Source: a candidate division FCPU426 bacterium (GTDB taxonomy: Bacteria; Oederibacteriota; Muellerivitia; Muellerivitales; Muellerivitaceae). From it: DNA of 64,000 bases. The stretch's first letter is position 1, and each line of letters starts with the position of its first letter. The notes under the pieces are model-generated. The model saw only the letters and a program-made list of their open reading frames with translations. It had not been told where the DNA came from and did no database searches. Of the stretch, positions 1-10,824 are shown piece by piece. Where the stretch lies: the NCBI GenBank assembly GCA_963738405.1, contig CAVTWJ010000009.1, positions 310,580 to 374,579 of the forward strand, given 5' to 3'. The position numbers and the translations under genes are program-made.

Positions 1-87
1 ATCTATTACGACGGCTATTCGGAATTCGGGCAGTTTTATCAAACCACCGACACCCATTGGGGCCTGGGGGTGTTCTTTGATCTCTGA
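1..87 (+). CDS. 3' end of a DUF1207-like outer-membrane protein (partial; paralog of the next gene)
   Basis: Frame 1 reads IYYDGYSEFGQFYQTTDTHWGLGVFFDL*, aligning with the C-terminus of the next ORF (MYFNGNSEYGQFYLMPDNHWSLGIFFDP*). Confidence 0.8.
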   Translation: MYYDGYSEFGQFYQTTDTHWGLGVFFDL

Positions 88-226
88 AAAAGAAAACAGG
101 CAACTTAGCCATGGATGCATGGGATACATGGGATTTTTGCGGCATAAAATTAAAAGGCTGTTTTTTTCTTTTAATCCGCGTGAATCCTATTCATCTGTGG
201 TCAATGAAAGGTTTGATTTTGGGGTT

Positions 227-1057
227 TTGAACAGCGCTAAAGGTATTCTTTTAGCTGTGGTGATATTGGCGCCTATGGCAGCGTGGTCGGAAGATGTGAA
301 AACTTCCCAACTCAACTTTCTCCCAGCCGAAACCCTCTTCCATAATCTCATCGGCGACCCAAGGGAACCGCAAAACAGCCTCATCGCGCAAATAGACCAG
401 ACCCGGTTCGAGGGCTCCATCGGCAAATTCATTGAGCTGCTTCAATGGATTCCTGGCGACGGCTCCCAATGGGGGTGGGGCATTGAGGGAGACAGTTTTA
501 TTGAGCTAGATTCATTGGGCGACGGGGTTTTCCCCGAAAGGGTGAGCGACTGGTATCTGGGTACCTACTTCAGTGAGAAGACGGGCGACCTTTCGCACCG
601 GCTGGAATATCTCCATGTGAGTTCCCATCTGGGCGATTCGCTATTTGATCAATACACCCGGTTCATCTACACCTGTGAAAGTTTCCGATACACGATGTCC
701 TATTATCCCCTCGCGGACCGCGTCCGCGTTTACGGCGGGTTGGGTTATTATCCGCACATGGCGCCCGACGATAACCGCCTCTTCGCCCATCTGGGCGCCG
801 AATTTTACACCGCTCCCGGACCCTTTCTTTTCGGCACATTCTCGCAGGGTTATTTCACTTACGATCTGAAGATCAAGGGCGAGGCGGGGGGTGTGGCCAA
901 CCAGCAATTTGAGCTGGGCCTGCAATGGAGGGGTAAGGTTGATTCCAACCCGGTGATTCGGATGGCGTTGATGTATTTCAATGGGAACAGCGAATACGGC
1001 CAGTTTTACTTGATGCCCGATAACCATTGGTCGCTGGGAATCTTCTTCGACCCTTAA
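227..1057 (+). CDS. DUF1207-like secreted/outer-membrane protein
   Basis: LIGDPREP, HVSSHLGD and YFNGNSEYGQF motifs. The signal-like segment KGILLAVVILAPMAAWS suggests a start near TTG 227 (the frame is open from 77). Confidence 0.65.
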   Translation: MNSAKGILLAVVILAPMAAWSEDVKTSQLNFLPAETLFHNLIGDPREPQNSLIAQIDQTRFEGSIGKFIELLQWIPGDGSQWGWGIEGDSFIELDSLGDGVFPERVSDWYLGTYFSEKTGDLSHRLEYLHVSSHLGDSLFDQYTRFIYTCESFRYTMSYYPLADRVRVYGGLGYYPHMAPDDNRLFAHLGAEFYTAPGPFLFGTFSQGYFTYDLKIKGEAGGVANQQFELGLQWRGKVDSNPVIRMALMYFNGNSEYGQFYLMPDNHWSLGIFFDP

Positions 1058-1178
1058 AAAGTTTTTCCAAATTGAAAGAAAAAAATAAATCTTTAACATT
1101 GAGAAAAATTATTTTTTTAGCCAATTGATTTTCGCCAAGCCCTTCTTTTTCTGATTTAAGAACCCTTTTCCAATATTC

Positions 1179-1206
1179 TTGACATCCTTCCTACAGGTTG
1201 TATATT
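1179..1206 (+). promoter_or_regulatory. putative sigma70 promoter for polC
   Basis: TTGACA-16 nt-TATATT, about 60 nt upstream of GGAGG RBS and ATG 1265. Confidence 0.5.
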
Positions 1207-1264
1207 TCGATTGAACAGGCCCCAACCCCACGATATCTCCCCTGAATTTAACGCTGGAGGCAGG

Positions 1265-4200
1265 ATGACCCCCGTCAGCAGTTCCTTGTCCAGCGAAACC
1301 CAAACTTCCACCTCGCCCTTTTATGACCTTCTGCAGCAAATCCCCCTTCAATGTTTCGAGAAGGACAGGCTATTAGAATCCGAGCTGATCGGAGTCCAGG
1401 TTTACCCGGAAAAGGCCCTACTGATCCTGCGCATCAAAATGCCCGCAGCCATACCCGGTGCCACCTACGCGATGCTGAGCCAATACCTCAAAGAAGGCAT
1501 GCCGGGGGTTCAAAGGGTGGTTTTGGACGTTCATTACGCCTCTACCGAAGTATCCCTAGTGGATTACCTGGGCGCCCATGAGAAAGACCTGATGTTCTGC
1601 CTGACCGAGGAAGCGGACGTGGCGGAGGGGTGGTTTACCCATTACCGAATGGAACCCCAAGATAACCGCCTCTCCTTTCAGGTTCCCCATGAGCTGGCGC
1701 GCCAACAGCTAGACCGCAAGCAATGCATGAAAGTTCTTTCCGATCTCTTGCAACAGCGCTGCGGTTTTAAAGGCGCGGTGGAGCTTTCCATCAACCCCGA
1801 TATCCTTCCCCAAGCCGTGGCCCCGGCCGAGGAAGCACCTTCCGAATACAAGGTTCCCGAACCTCAGAGTGTTTTGATCTTGGGCCGCAAAATTTCCGAG
1901 GCTGCCCAATCCATGACGGTGAGTGACGAACAAAAGGGCTATGTGGTGCAGGGAGAGATCATATCCTTCGACCAGCGGCAGACCCGCACGGGCCGCCACA
2001 TGATCAAGATGACGGTCACCGATTATTCCGACTCCATGGACGTGATCCTGTTCCACGAGAACGACGGCAAGTTCAAGGGCGGCATTAAAGAAAGGGACTG
2101 GGTAAAGGTGCGGGGCGACTTGCGTTTCGACAGCCGGGACCCGAACGAGATGTTGTTAAATGTCCGCGACATCGTGAAGATTCCGGCGCCTGAAACCCGC
2201 ATGGACCGAGCCGCTGAGAAGCGCGTGGAGCTTCACTGCCATACCCAAATGAGCCGTATGGACGGACTTTCCAAGATCGACCGCCTCATTGAGACCGCCG
2301 CCAAGTGGGGTCACAAGGCCATCGCCATCACTGACCACGGCGTGGTGCAGGCCTACCCGGAAGCCAGCGCGGTGGCGAAGAAGAACAAGATCAAATTGAT
2401 TTTGGGCATGGAAGGCTACCTGGTCGATGAGTTCAAACGCGAAAAGGGCATGCCCATCTACCACATCATTCTTCTGGTGAAGAACCGGGTGGGACTGAAA
2501 AACCTATATAAATTGGTGTCTGAAAGCCACTTAAGAAACTTCTATAAAAGGCCCCTGATTCCCCGGGAACTTTTGAAACAGCATCGGGAAGGGCTGGTGT
2601 TGGGATCGGCCTGTGAACAAGGCGAGGTTTGGCAGACCCTGCTTCACGGGGGAAGGCCCCTGGAAGAAGTGGCCGACTTTTACGACTATGTCGAGATTCA
2701 GCCCTGCGCTAATAACGAGTTCATGATCCAAGACGGCATCGTAAAAAGCCTAGAAGAGCTTCAGGCCCATACACGAACCCTTTTTGATGTGGGGAAAAAG
2801 CTGGGCAAACCGGTGGTGGCCACGGGCGATTCGCATTTCATTGAGCCTCGGGATGACGTGTACCGCAAGATCATTCATGCCGGCATGGGCTACGGTCTGG
2901 AACGCCAAGCGCCGCTTTATTTCAAGACCACCGACGAATTGAAAAAAGATTTTGAATATTTTGGCGAGGAAACCGCCCACGAGCTGGTAGTGACCAACCC
3001 AGGCAAGATCGCCGACATGATTGAAGAAGTAGAGCCCCTGCCCACCCAGACTCTATCCCCCATGTGGGAGGGCGCGGACGAGTTGTTGCGGGAAACTTCC
3101 ACAAAAGAAGCTCATCGCTTATATGGGGAAACCCTCCCGGCCTTTATTGAACAGCGCCTCAAAAAAGAACTCGACGCCATCATCAACAACAAATTCTCCA
3201 CCCTCTATGTGATCGCCATGAAGCTGGTGAAAAAATCCCTCTCTGACGGCTATATCGTGGGAAGCCGGGGAAGCGTGGGATCCTCCTTCGTGGCTTTCTT
3301 GAGCGGCATCACCGAGGTGAATCCGCTTCCGCCCCACTACCGCTGCGAGGCCTGCCAGGTGAACGAGTTTCCCGCCAACCCCGTCTCCATGGCGGGCGTG
3401 GACATGGTGGTCAAGGACTGCCCCCAATGCGCCAAGCCCATGGTTCGGGACGGTTTTTCCATCGCCTTCGAGGTCTTCATGGGTTTCAAGGGCGACAAGA
3501 TGCCCGATATTGACCTGAACTTTTCCGGCGAGTACCAGCATGTGGCGCACAAGTATGTGGAAGAACTGTTCGGCAAGGAACACTGCTTCCGTGCGGGCAC
3601 CATCTCGGCGGTGCAGGATAAGATCGCCTTCGGCTTCGTGAAAAAATTCGTGGAGCAGGCGGGCCGTACCACAAGAAACGCAGAACTGAACCGGCTGGTA
3701 AAGGGTTGTTCGGGCGTTTCAAAAACCACGGGTCAGCATCCCGGTGGGATCATCATCCTTCCCAAAGATATGGAAATCACCGACGTCTGCCCTGTGCAAT
3801 ACCCAGCGGATAATAAAGATGGCGATATCATCACCACGCATTTTGATTTCAGCTCCATGCACGACTGCTTGGTGAAGCTCGACATTCTCGGTCATGACAA
3901 TCCCACCAGCCTGAAGCGCCTAGAAAATATGACAGGTATTTCGGCCCTGGGGATTCCCTTAAACGATGAAAAGACCATGAGTCTTTTCTCCGGCGTAAAG
4001 GCCCTTGGATTGAAAGAGAAAATCGAGAAAGACTTAGGAACTCTTGGTGTTCCCGAATTCGGCACCAACTTTGCCATGGACATGTTGCGGGACACCCGCC
4101 CCACCCGCTTTGAGCATCTGGTGAGGCTTTCGGGACTTGCCCACGGAACGGATGTCTGGCTGGGCAACGCCCAAGACCTCATCAAAAAGGGAACGGCCAC

Positions 4201-4930
4201 GCTTTCGACGGTCATTTCCACCCGCGACGACATGTTGAACGACCTCATGGCCCGTGGCATGGACTCCGCCCTAGCCTTCAAGGTGATGGAAGACGTACGC
4301 AAGGGCAAGGGGTTGAAGCCTGAGTACGAGCAGACCATGATGTCGGTCAAGACGCCCGGCTGGTACATCGACAGCTGTAAGAAGATTAAATACATCTTCC
4401 CCAAGGCCCATGCGGTGGCCTACTGCATCATGAGTTTCCGCATCGCTTGGTTTAAGGCCCACCAACCCCTGGCCTTTTACGCCGATTATTTCACCAACAA
4501 GGCATTTGGCTTTGACGCTACCGTGGCCTGCGACGGCCTGGGACGGGTGCGTGACCGCATCAAGCTGATCCGTTCTATCGAGAAACCCTCCAACAAGGAA
4601 CTGGACGAGGCATCGGTTTTGGAAGTGGTGGAAGAAACCTATGCACGGGGCTTCCGGTTCCTGCCCGTGGACCTTTATAAGTCCGACGCGCGCCAGTTCT
4701 TAATTCATGAAAGCCAAGGTGAAAAGATGCTCCGCCCCCCCTTGATCGGGCTTCCGGGGTTGGGAGATACGGCGGCCGATTGGATCGTGTTAGAAAGGGA
4801 GAAGGGTCCCTTTACCTCCATTGAGGAAATTCAAGAACGCTGCGGGGTCAATAAAAACGTGTTGGAAATCCTGAAAGGCCATGGATGCCTGAAGGATATG
4901 CCTGATTCTAAACAGGTTTCTCTTTTTTAG
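1265..4930 (+). CDS. polC: PolC-type DNA polymerase III alpha, without the inserted 3'-5' exonuclease domain
   Basis: N-terminal domain, OB fold before the PHP domain, ELHCHTQMSRMDG, AITDHG, VGSRGSVGSS, Zn finger (CEAC..CPQC), PDIDLNF, TTGQHPGG, KLDILGHD. GGAGG RBS precedes ATG 1265. Confidence 0.95.
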   Translation: MTPVSSSLSSETQTSTSPFYDLLQQIPLQCFEKDRLLESELIGVQVYPEKALLILRIKMPAAIPGATYAMLSQYLKEGMPGVQRVVLDVHYASTEVSLVDYLGAHEKDLMFCLTEEADVAEGWFTHYRMEPQDNRLSFQVPHELARQQLDRKQCMKVLSDLLQQRCGFKGAVELSINPDILPQAVAPAEEAPSEYKVPEPQSVLILGRKISEAAQSMTVSDEQKGYVVQGEIISFDQRQTRTGRHMIKMTVTDYSDSMDVILFHENDGKFKGGIKERDWVKVRGDLRFDSRDPNEMLLNVRDIVKIPAPETRMDRAAEKRVELHCHTQMSRMDGLSKIDRLIETAAKWGHKAIAITDHGVVQAYPEASAVAKKNKIKLILGMEGYLVDEFKREKGMPIYHIILLVKNRVGLKNLYKLVSESHLRNFYKRPLIPRELLKQHREGLVLGSACEQGEVWQTLLHGGRPLEEVADFYDYVEIQPCANNEFMIQDGIVKSLEELQAHTRTLFDVGKKLGKPVVATGDSHFIEPRDDVYRKIIHAGMGYGLERQAPLYFKTTDELKKDFEYFGEETAHELVVTNPGKIADMIEEVEPLPTQTLSPMWEGADELLRETSTKEAHRLYGETLPAFIEQRLKKELDAIINNKFSTLYVIAMKLVKKSLSDGYIVGSRGSVGSSFVAFLSGITEVNPLPPHYRCEACQVNEFPANPVSMAGVDMVVKDCPQCAKPMVRDGFSIAFEVFMGFKGDKMPDIDLNFSGEYQHVAHKYVEELFGKEHCFRAGTISAVQDKIAFGFVKKFVEQAGRTTRNAELNRLVKGCSGVSKTTGQHPGGIIILPKDMEITDVCPVQYPADNKDGDIITTHFDFSSMHDCLVKLDILGHDNPTSLKRLENMTGISALGIPLNDEKTMSLFSGVKALGLKEKIEKDLGTLGVPEFGTNFAMDMLRDTRPTRFEHLVRLSGLAHGTDVWLGNAQDLIKKGTATLSTVISTRDDMLNDLMARGMDSALAFKVMEDVRKGKGLKPEYEQTMMSVKTPGWYIDSCKKIKYIFPKAHAVAYCIMSFRIAWFKAHQPLAFYADYFTNKAFGFDATVACDGLGRVRDRIKLIRSIEKPSNKELDEASVLEVVEETYARGFRFLPVDLYKSDARQFLIHESQGEKMLRPPLIGLPGLGDTAADWIVLEREKGPFTSIEEIQERCGVNKNVLEILKGHGCLKDMPDSKQVSLF

Positions 4931-5050
4931 CGGGTTCCTTACCTAGTTTCCCCATCCTTCCTCAAGAGGGGCGGCCTTCCAGGGCCCTTTCTCCTTGCGA
5001 AAACCCCTTGATTTTGATAAAACAACTACGCAATTTTAAGGCTGACCCCC

Positions 5051-5084
5051 AAGAAGTGGGCCCTTTAACGGCCTGCTTTTTTTT
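5051..5084 (+). promoter_or_regulatory. rimP leader attenuator/terminator hairpin
   Basis: AAGAAGTGGGCC-ctttaac-GGCCTGCTTTTTTTT hairpin with U-tract upstream of rimP-nusA, resembling the AGTGGG-type rimP leader. Confidence 0.65.
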
Positions 5085-5164
5085 CTTATTTTCTAGGGAA
5101 ATGACTCGAAATTGCGCACCCAAACGGCCGAAAGGCCGTTCGTCGTTTATGGGCGAGGTGATCC

Positions 5165-5638
5165 ATGGGGTTTCCAGACCCGGTTCAATTAAGGCAGCTT
5201 CGAGAGATCGCCGAAGCGGTGGTGAAAGACAATTTTCTGGAGCTTTTCGACCTGGGCGTTAGGTCCCAGGCGGGAAAAACCCTGCTTTCAGTGGTTTTAG
5301 ACAAGCCGGCGGGCCGGGTGAGTTTGCAGGAATGCGTGGCGGTGAGCGGGGAGCTGGAAAAGCGCCTCGACGAGCTGGATGTGATGTCGGGAGCCTATCT
5401 TCTGGAGGTGTCGTCGCCCGGCATGGATAGGCCGTTAAGGCATGGCGCCGATTACGCCCGTTTTGAGGGCCGATTGGCGAAGGTGACGCTGAACCAGCCC
5501 CTGGAGGGGTTGGTGAGTTTTGAAGGCCGAATCGGTGATTTGAGTCCGGAGGGTGTTTTGATCCGGATGGGCAAGGAAAGAACCCTTCGGGTTCCCCTTT
5601 CCCAGATTAAGGCCGCGCGGCTGGTGGTGGAGCTTTAA
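5165..5638 (+). CDS. rimP: ribosome maturation factor RimP
   Basis: YLLEVSSPGMDRPL motif; position upstream of nusA. Confidence 0.95.
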   Translation: MGFPDPVQLRQLREIAEAVVKDNFLELFDLGVRSQAGKTLLSVVLDKPAGRVSLQECVAVSGELEKRLDELDVMSGAYLLEVSSPGMDRPLRHGADYARFEGRLAKVTLNQPLEGLVSFEGRIGDLSPEGVLIRMGKERTLRVPLSQIKAARLVVEL

Positions 5639-5640
5639 AA

Positions 5641-5704
5641 GTTTGAGTTGTTAGTTTTAGGTTCTTAAGAGTTAGAACTTCAAACTAAGCACTCAAAACA
5701 CAAA
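5641..5704. repeat. imperfect inverted repeat built from degenerate heptamers
   Basis: tttgagt-tgttagt-tttaggt-tct ... agaac-ttcaaac-taagcac-tcaaaac between rimP and nusA. Confidence 0.55.
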
Positions 5705-5725
5705 TCTACATTGAGGGGTTTCGAA

Positions 5726-7054
5726 ATGGGTAACGAGCTGGCCTTGGTGATGAGCCAAATCGAACATACCAAGCGCATCGACAAGAAGCATCTCGTCGAG
5801 GCGATCCAAGCGGCTTTGTCCTCGGCCGCCAAGAAAATTTTCGGCGTGGGCCAGGAAGTGGAAGTGGAGTTCGACGAAACCAATTATGAGTTCCGCGCTT
5901 TTTACCTAAAGGAAGTGGTTCAAAAAGTCGAGGATCCGGGCACCCAGATCACCCTGGAAGAGGCGCGCAAGTTCGACAAAGAAATCGAGCTGGAAGGTGT
6001 GTTAAAAATCCGCATCCCGCCCGAACAGTTCGGCCGCATCGCAGCCCAAACCGCCAAACAAGTCATCGTCCAGCGTGTGCAAGATGCCGAGCGTCAAAGC
6101 GTGTACGACCAGTTCAAGGAAAAAGAAGGCGACCTCATCACTGGAAGCGTGCTCCGCTATGAGGGACGCAACGTCATCATCTCGCTCGGCGACACCGAGG
6201 CCCTGATGCCCGCCAAGGAACAAGTTCCCCGTGAGCGTTATTCCACCGGCGAGCGCATGAAGTTCCTGGTGCTGGAAGTAAGAAAAACCATCAAGGGGCC
6301 GGCCATCATTGTGTCCCGCGCCCATCCCAATCTGGTCCGCAAACTCTTTGAGTTGGAAGTGCCCGAAATTTACGACGGCTCGGTCAAAATTGAGAGCGTG
6401 GCCCGCGAGGCGGGCGCCCGCACCAAAATATCCGTGCGCGTCGTGGGCGACGACCGCATCGATCCCGTGGGCGCCTGCGTGGGCGTCAAGGGAATCCGCG
6501 TGCAAAATATCGTGGATGAGATCCGCGGCGAGAAGGTCGACATTGTTCCTTGGGACGAGGAGCCCAGCACCTATTTAGCCAAGGCCCTGTCGCCCGCCCG
6601 TATCGCCCGCATTGTCCTCCACGCCGACGCCGAGGTTCCCTCGGCCGAGGTGATTGTGCCCAACGACCAGCTGTCGCTCGCCATAGGCAAGAAGGGCCAG
6701 AACGCCCGCTTGGCCGCGCGCTTGACCGGCATCAAAATCGATATCAAAAACGAGGAACAGCACGCTCAGGAAGAAAGAGCCCGCATGGACGCCCACTTCC
6801 AGGAAGTATCCCAAGAAACGGCCGACGAAATTGCCGAGGCCAAGGTGGAAGCTCCTTCCGCAGAAGCGGCCGGAATGACCCAGGAAGAGAAATCATCCGC
6901 TCCCCCGGATGAGATCGACGAGGGTTCGGTGGAAGGTGCGGTTCCGCCCGACGCGCCCGCGCTGGCCAAGGATTTGGACGGACTTCCCGTGATTCCGCCT
7001 TCGCCTGAGGTTTCTCAAACGGTAGAACCCAGCGCCGAAATGGAGGGAATGTAA
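5726..7054 (+). CDS. nusA: transcription termination/antitermination factor NusA
   Basis: [36 protein letters not shown]; acidic low-complexity tail; GAGGGG RBS before ATG 5726. Confidence 0.97.
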   Translation: MGNELALVMSQIEHTKRIDKKHLVEAIQAALSSAAKKIFGVGQEVEVEFDETNYEFRAFYLKEVVQKVEDPGTQITLEEARKFDKEIELEGVLKIRIPPEQFGRIAAQTAKQVIVQRVQDAERQSVYDQFKEKEGDLITGSVLRYEGRNVIISLGDTEALMPAKEQVPRERYSTGERMKFLVLEVRKTIKGPAIIVSRAHPNLVRKLFELEVPEIYDGSVKIESVAREAGARTKISVRVVGDDRIDPVGACVGVKGIRVQNIVDEIRGEKVDIVPWDEEPSTYLAKALSPARIARIVLHADAEVPSAEVIVPNDQLSLAIGKKGQNARLAARLTGIKIDIKNEEQHAQEERARMDAHFQEVSQETADEIAEAKVEAPSAEAAGMTQEEKSSAPPDEIDEGSVEGAVPPDAPALAKDLDGLPVIPPSPEVSQTVEPSAEMEGM

Positions 7055-7060
7055 CCCCTC

Positions 7061-9322
7061 ATGGCTAAACGCATATTTGAATTCGCCAAAGAATTAGGCC
7101 TTCCTAGCAAGGAAGTCCTGGACCGCTGCAAGAAACTGGGCTTTAACGTGCCCAGCCAGCTGACCCTGGTGGATGAGAAGATCCAGTCCGAAATCCGCAG
7201 GGATTTAGGTCTGGCGGATTTGATGGCGGCGGCCCCCGCGGCAGTCGCTCCTGCCCCGGCCTCCAAAACGCCCTCGGCGGCGCCAGGGGCGGTTCGCTCC
7301 ACCACGAAAACCACTTCTCCCAGTTCCATGTCGCTCGCGGCGACCGCCACTTATCCGACGCTGGCTCCCTCCAAGGCCCCCGGCGCCAAGCCGGGAGCCC
7401 CGATGTACCGGCCCTCCCAGCCTGCGGCCAAACGAATCGGCCCCCGGCCCCATACCAAAGGCGGCCATGGCCTGGCCGCTGGCAGGCCCAAAACCGCCGC
7501 GGCCCTGGCGGCCAAGGCCGAACCGGTGGAAGAGAAGTCGACCACCGATGAAAACGGCGAGCCTAAGATTCTGACCAAAATCAAAATCACCGAAGGGATC
7601 TCGGTCGCCGAACTGGCCCAGAAACTCAATGTGAAGGCCGGGGTGCTGATTAAGGAACTGCTCGACCTCAAGATTCTCGCCACCATCAACCAGCGCCTGG
7701 ACATGACCGTCGCCGAGACTCTGGCTTCCGCCCACGACGCGGAAGTGGAAGTGGTTCCTCTGTTTGGGGCCGAAATGTTTGAGGAAGCGCCGGATGACCC
7801 GAAAGACCTGATGCCCCGTTCCCCGGTGGTCACCATCATGGGCCATGTGGACCATGGAAAAACCCTGCTGTTGGACGCCATCCGCAAGACCAAGGTGGCC
7901 GAGGGCGAAGCGGGCGGTATTACCCAGCACATCGGCGCCTATCAAGTGAAACAAGACAAGGGAACCATCACCTTTTTGGATACCCCGGGCCACGAAGCCT
8001 TCACCCTCATGCGCGCCCGCGGCGCCAAGGCCACGGACATCGTGGTATTGGTGGTAGCGGCGGATGACGGCGTCATGCCCCAAACGCTGGAAGCCATTGA
8101 CCACGCCAAAGAAGCCAAAGTGCCCATCCTGGTGGCCCTGAACAAGATCGATAAACCCGAAGCCAACCCCGACCGGGTGAAGACCCAATTGGCCGAGCGC
8201 GGTCTGCAGCCCGAGGAATGGGGCGGCAGCACTATTTTTGTGGAAGTCTCCGCCAAGAAACGCCTGAACCTCGAGAAGCTGCTTGAAATGATCCTGCTTC
8301 AAGCCGAAGTTCTGGAACTCAAAGCCAACCCGAACCGCGCCGCCAAGGGCGTGGTGCTGGAAGCCCGTCTGGACAAGGGCCGGGGGCCTGTGGCCACCCT
8401 GCTGGTGGAAAAGGGAACCCTTAAAATCGGCGACAACCTTTTGGCCGGAAACACTTACGGCCGGGTGAAGGCCATGCACGACGATTTGGGAAAACCCTCC
8501 AAGGCCGCCGGGCCCACCATGCCGGTGGAAATTCTGGGCCTCACCGACGTGCCCCGCGCGGGCGACGTTTTTTACGTGGTCACCGACCCCAAGATGGCGC
8601 GCGAGATTTCCTCCCGCCGCACCGAGGCCCAGAAGGATAACCGCTTGGTGGGCGCCATGAAGCACATCACCCTCGACAACCTCTTTGAGCAGATCAAGGA
8701 AGGGCAGATCAAGGAACTCAAAGTTATCGTCAAGGGCGACGTGCAGGGATCGGTGGAGGCCCTGACCTCCTCCCTCGAGAAACTCTCGACCGAAAAGGTG
8801 GCCCTCCGGGTCATCCGATCCGGCACGGGCAATATCGTCAACTCGGACATTCTTCTGGCTTCCGCCTCCAACGCCATTATCGTGGGATTCAACGTGAAGG
8901 CCGATGGCAGCGCAAAGGAAACGGCCGAGAAGGAAGATGTGGACGTCCGCACCTACAAAATCATCTACGACGCGGTGGAAGACGTGCGCAAAGCCATGGA
9001 AGGCTTGCTGGAACCCACCTACCGCCAGGTGGCCTTGGGGCGCGCCGAAGTGCGTCAAGTGTTCAACACGCCCAAGGGCCCCATCGCGGGCTGCATGGTC
9101 ACCAACGGCAAGATCACCAACAAGGCCAAAATCAAGGTTCTGCGCGCTGAAACCCAAATTTTCGAGGGCGCGATCGGATCGCTCAAGCGGTTCAAGGACG
9201 ACGTCAAGGAAGTCAACAACAGCTTTGAATGCGGTATCGGCATTGACGGTTTCGAGGATGTGCAGGTAGGCGACCAGCTGGAAGCCTATATCCTGGAAGC
9301 GGTCGCGGCCAAACTGGAATAA
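7061..9322 (+). CDS. infB: translation initiation factor IF-2
   Basis: [32 protein letters not shown] GTPase motifs; [12 protein letters not shown]. Confidence 0.98.
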   Translation: MAKRIFEFAKELGLPSKEVLDRCKKLGFNVPSQLTLVDEKIQSEIRRDLGLADLMAAAPAAVAPAPASKTPSAAPGAVRSTTKTTSPSSMSLAATATYPTLAPSKAPGAKPGAPMYRPSQPAAKRIGPRPHTKGGHGLAAGRPKTAAALAAKAEPVEEKSTTDENGEPKILTKIKITEGISVAELAQKLNVKAGVLIKELLDLKILATINQRLDMTVAETLASAHDAEVEVVPLFGAEMFEEAPDDPKDLMPRSPVVTIMGHVDHGKTLLLDAIRKTKVAEGEAGGITQHIGAYQVKQDKGTITFLDTPGHEAFTLMRARGAKATDIVVLVVAADDGVMPQTLEAIDHAKEAKVPILVALNKIDKPEANPDRVKTQLAERGLQPEEWGGSTIFVEVSAKKRLNLEKLLEMILLQAEVLELKANPNRAAKGVVLEARLDKGRGPVATLLVEKGTLKIGDNLLAGNTYGRVKAMHDDLGKPSKAAGPTMPVEILGLTDVPRAGDVFYVVTDPKMAREISSRRTEAQKDNRLVGAMKHITLDNLFEQIKEGQIKELKVIVKGDVQGSVEALTSSLEKLSTEKVALRVIRSGTGNIVNSDILLASASNAIIVGFNVKADGSAKETAEKEDVDVRTYKIIYDAVEDVRKAMEGLLEPTYRQVALGRAEVRQVFNTPKGPIAGCMVTNGKITNKAKIKVLRAETQIFEGAIGSLKRFKDDVKEVNNSFECGIGIDGFEDVQVGDQLEAYILEAVAAKLE

Positions 9323-9450
9323 CCCTCGGGACGGCCGATGTCGAATCATCCTGTTTTCCACCTCTCTTTACACACTCCCATCTCCAACTGGCATCCTCAG
9401 CCTCATGGCTTTATGATTTGGCCGGTTAATTCCTCCAGAGAGATATTTCA

Positions 9451-9831
9451 ATGAGCTTCAAACGCGCGGACCGGGTATCGGAAGCCATCAAGCGGGAAAT
9501 CAGCGTTTTGTTGACCCAGGAGGCCAAGGATCCCGGCATTCATTTTGTGACCGTCACCGGGGTTGAAACGGCCGATGACCTCCGTCATGCTAAAATTTTC
9601 GTCTCCGTATTGGGGGACGAGGCCTCCCGAACGGAAACCTTGGAGGCGTTGAACCGGGCCAAGGGATTTTTAAGAGGCGAGCTGGGCCGGCGGGTTCAAC
9701 TGCGCTATACCCCGGAACTTCAGTTCCATCTTGATACCTCTTTGGACCATGCTTTCAAAATTAAAGGGCTTTTAAATAATATTAAATCCCAGGAAGTGAA
9801 AAACGATGAGGGCGAAAACAAAGAAGGTTGA
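9451..9831 (+). CDS. rbfA: ribosome-binding factor A
   Basis: RADRVSEAIKREIS, LRYTPELQF; synteny. Confidence 0.96.
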   Translation: MSFKRADRVSEAIKREISVLLTQEAKDPGIHFVTVTGVETADDLRHAKIFVSVLGDEASRTETLEALNRAKGFLRGELGRRVQLRYTPELQFHLDTSLDHAFKIKGLLNNIKSQEVKNDEGENKEG

Positions 9832-10810
9832 GAGAAAAGTCCGGCCCGGCTTGAAAAGCGTTTGGGGCCGGGTTTTGGAACTGGTCAAGAAGAACAAGAC
9901 CTTTGTGCTGACGACCCATGTGAACCCGGATGGGGACGGGCTTGGCGCCGAGTCGGCGCTCTATTGCGCGCTCAAGGCTCTTGGCAAAAAAGTATTTGTG
10001 GTCAATCATGACCCCCTTCCGCCTCGTTTTTCCTACCTGCCTTTTGCTTCCGCCTGCCGGGTTTCTGACACGATTCCCCCGCACGACGTTTGTTTTGTCA
10101 TGGACGCAGGGGCCTTTTCAAGAATCAGGGAGGGCGTCCGACGGGACGAATTTCAAACCCTGGTGAATATCGACCACCATTATTCCAATGACCGTTACGG
10201 CGACGTGAACCTGGTGGACCCGGGCGCCTGCGCGACGGGCGAGATTGTTTTTCACCTGATCAAGGCCCTGGGCGTGCCGTTGGATAAGGGAATCGCCGAG
10301 AGCGTCTATACCTCTCTGTCGACCGACACCGGGGGGTTCCGTTACCCCAATACCACTCCCCAAGTTCTTCGGCTCGCGGCCGAGTTGATGGAGGCGGGAG
10401 CGGACGGCGCCAAAATATCCGAAAGGATCTTCTCGGGCGTCAGCCAGAAAGCCTTGGAAATGGTGCGCGTCTCCCTGGCAAGCGTGGAAACCCATGAGAA
10501 TGGGCGGATTGGGACCATTCAGCTATCCCACCAGGAACTGGTCGCCTCGGGCGCCACGGACGAGGATTCAGAGAATCTCGTTAATTTTGTCCGCAAAATG
10601 GAGGGCGTTCAAATCGCCATCTTTTTGAAGGAGAGGGCCGACGGCCAAGTTAAGCTTTCCCTGCGCTCCAAGACGGACGCCAACGTGGCCCTGGTGGCCA
10701 AGAAGTTTGGCGGCGGGGGTCATAGCTACGCCGCGGGGGCCATATTGCCGGGGCCCCTTTCTTCCGTCCTCAAGGCGGTCGTGAAGGCCTGCCGCGTCGT
10801 CCTGAAATAA
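9806..10810 (+). CDS. nrnA: DHH/DHHA1 nanoRNase/pAp phosphatase
   Basis: HVNPDGD, IDHH, DTGGF, SLRS, GGGGH motifs. Confidence 0.9.
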   Translation: MRAKTKKVERKVRPGLKSVWGRVLELVKKNKTFVLTTHVNPDGDGLGAESALYCALKALGKKVFVVNHDPLPPRFSYLPFASACRVSDTIPPHDVCFVMDAGAFSRIREGVRRDEFQTLVNIDHHYSNDRYGDVNLVDPGACATGEIVFHLIKALGVPLDKGIAESVYTSLSTDTGGFRYPNTTPQVLRLAAELMEAGADGAKISERIFSGVSQKALEMVRVSLASVETHENGRIGTIQLSHQELVASGATDEDSENLVNFVRKMEGVQIAIFLKERADGQVKLSLRSKTDANVALVAKKFGGGGHSYAAGAILPGPLSSVLKAVVKACRVVLK

Positions 10811-10824
10811 GCGCCGGTCCCCCC

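Noticed and set aside
5118..5147. TTCGTCGTT resembling an ECF42 -10 element upstream of rimP
   Set aside because: No TGTC -35 at the 17-nt spacing; it follows an AACGGCC-GAAA-GGCCGTT hairpin.
7205..9361. 718-aa minus-strand ORF
   Set aside because: Antisense shadow of infB caused by codon bias; no recognisable motifs.
9339..9365. TGTCGA upstream of rbfA
   Set aside because: No CGTC/CGAC at the required spacing.
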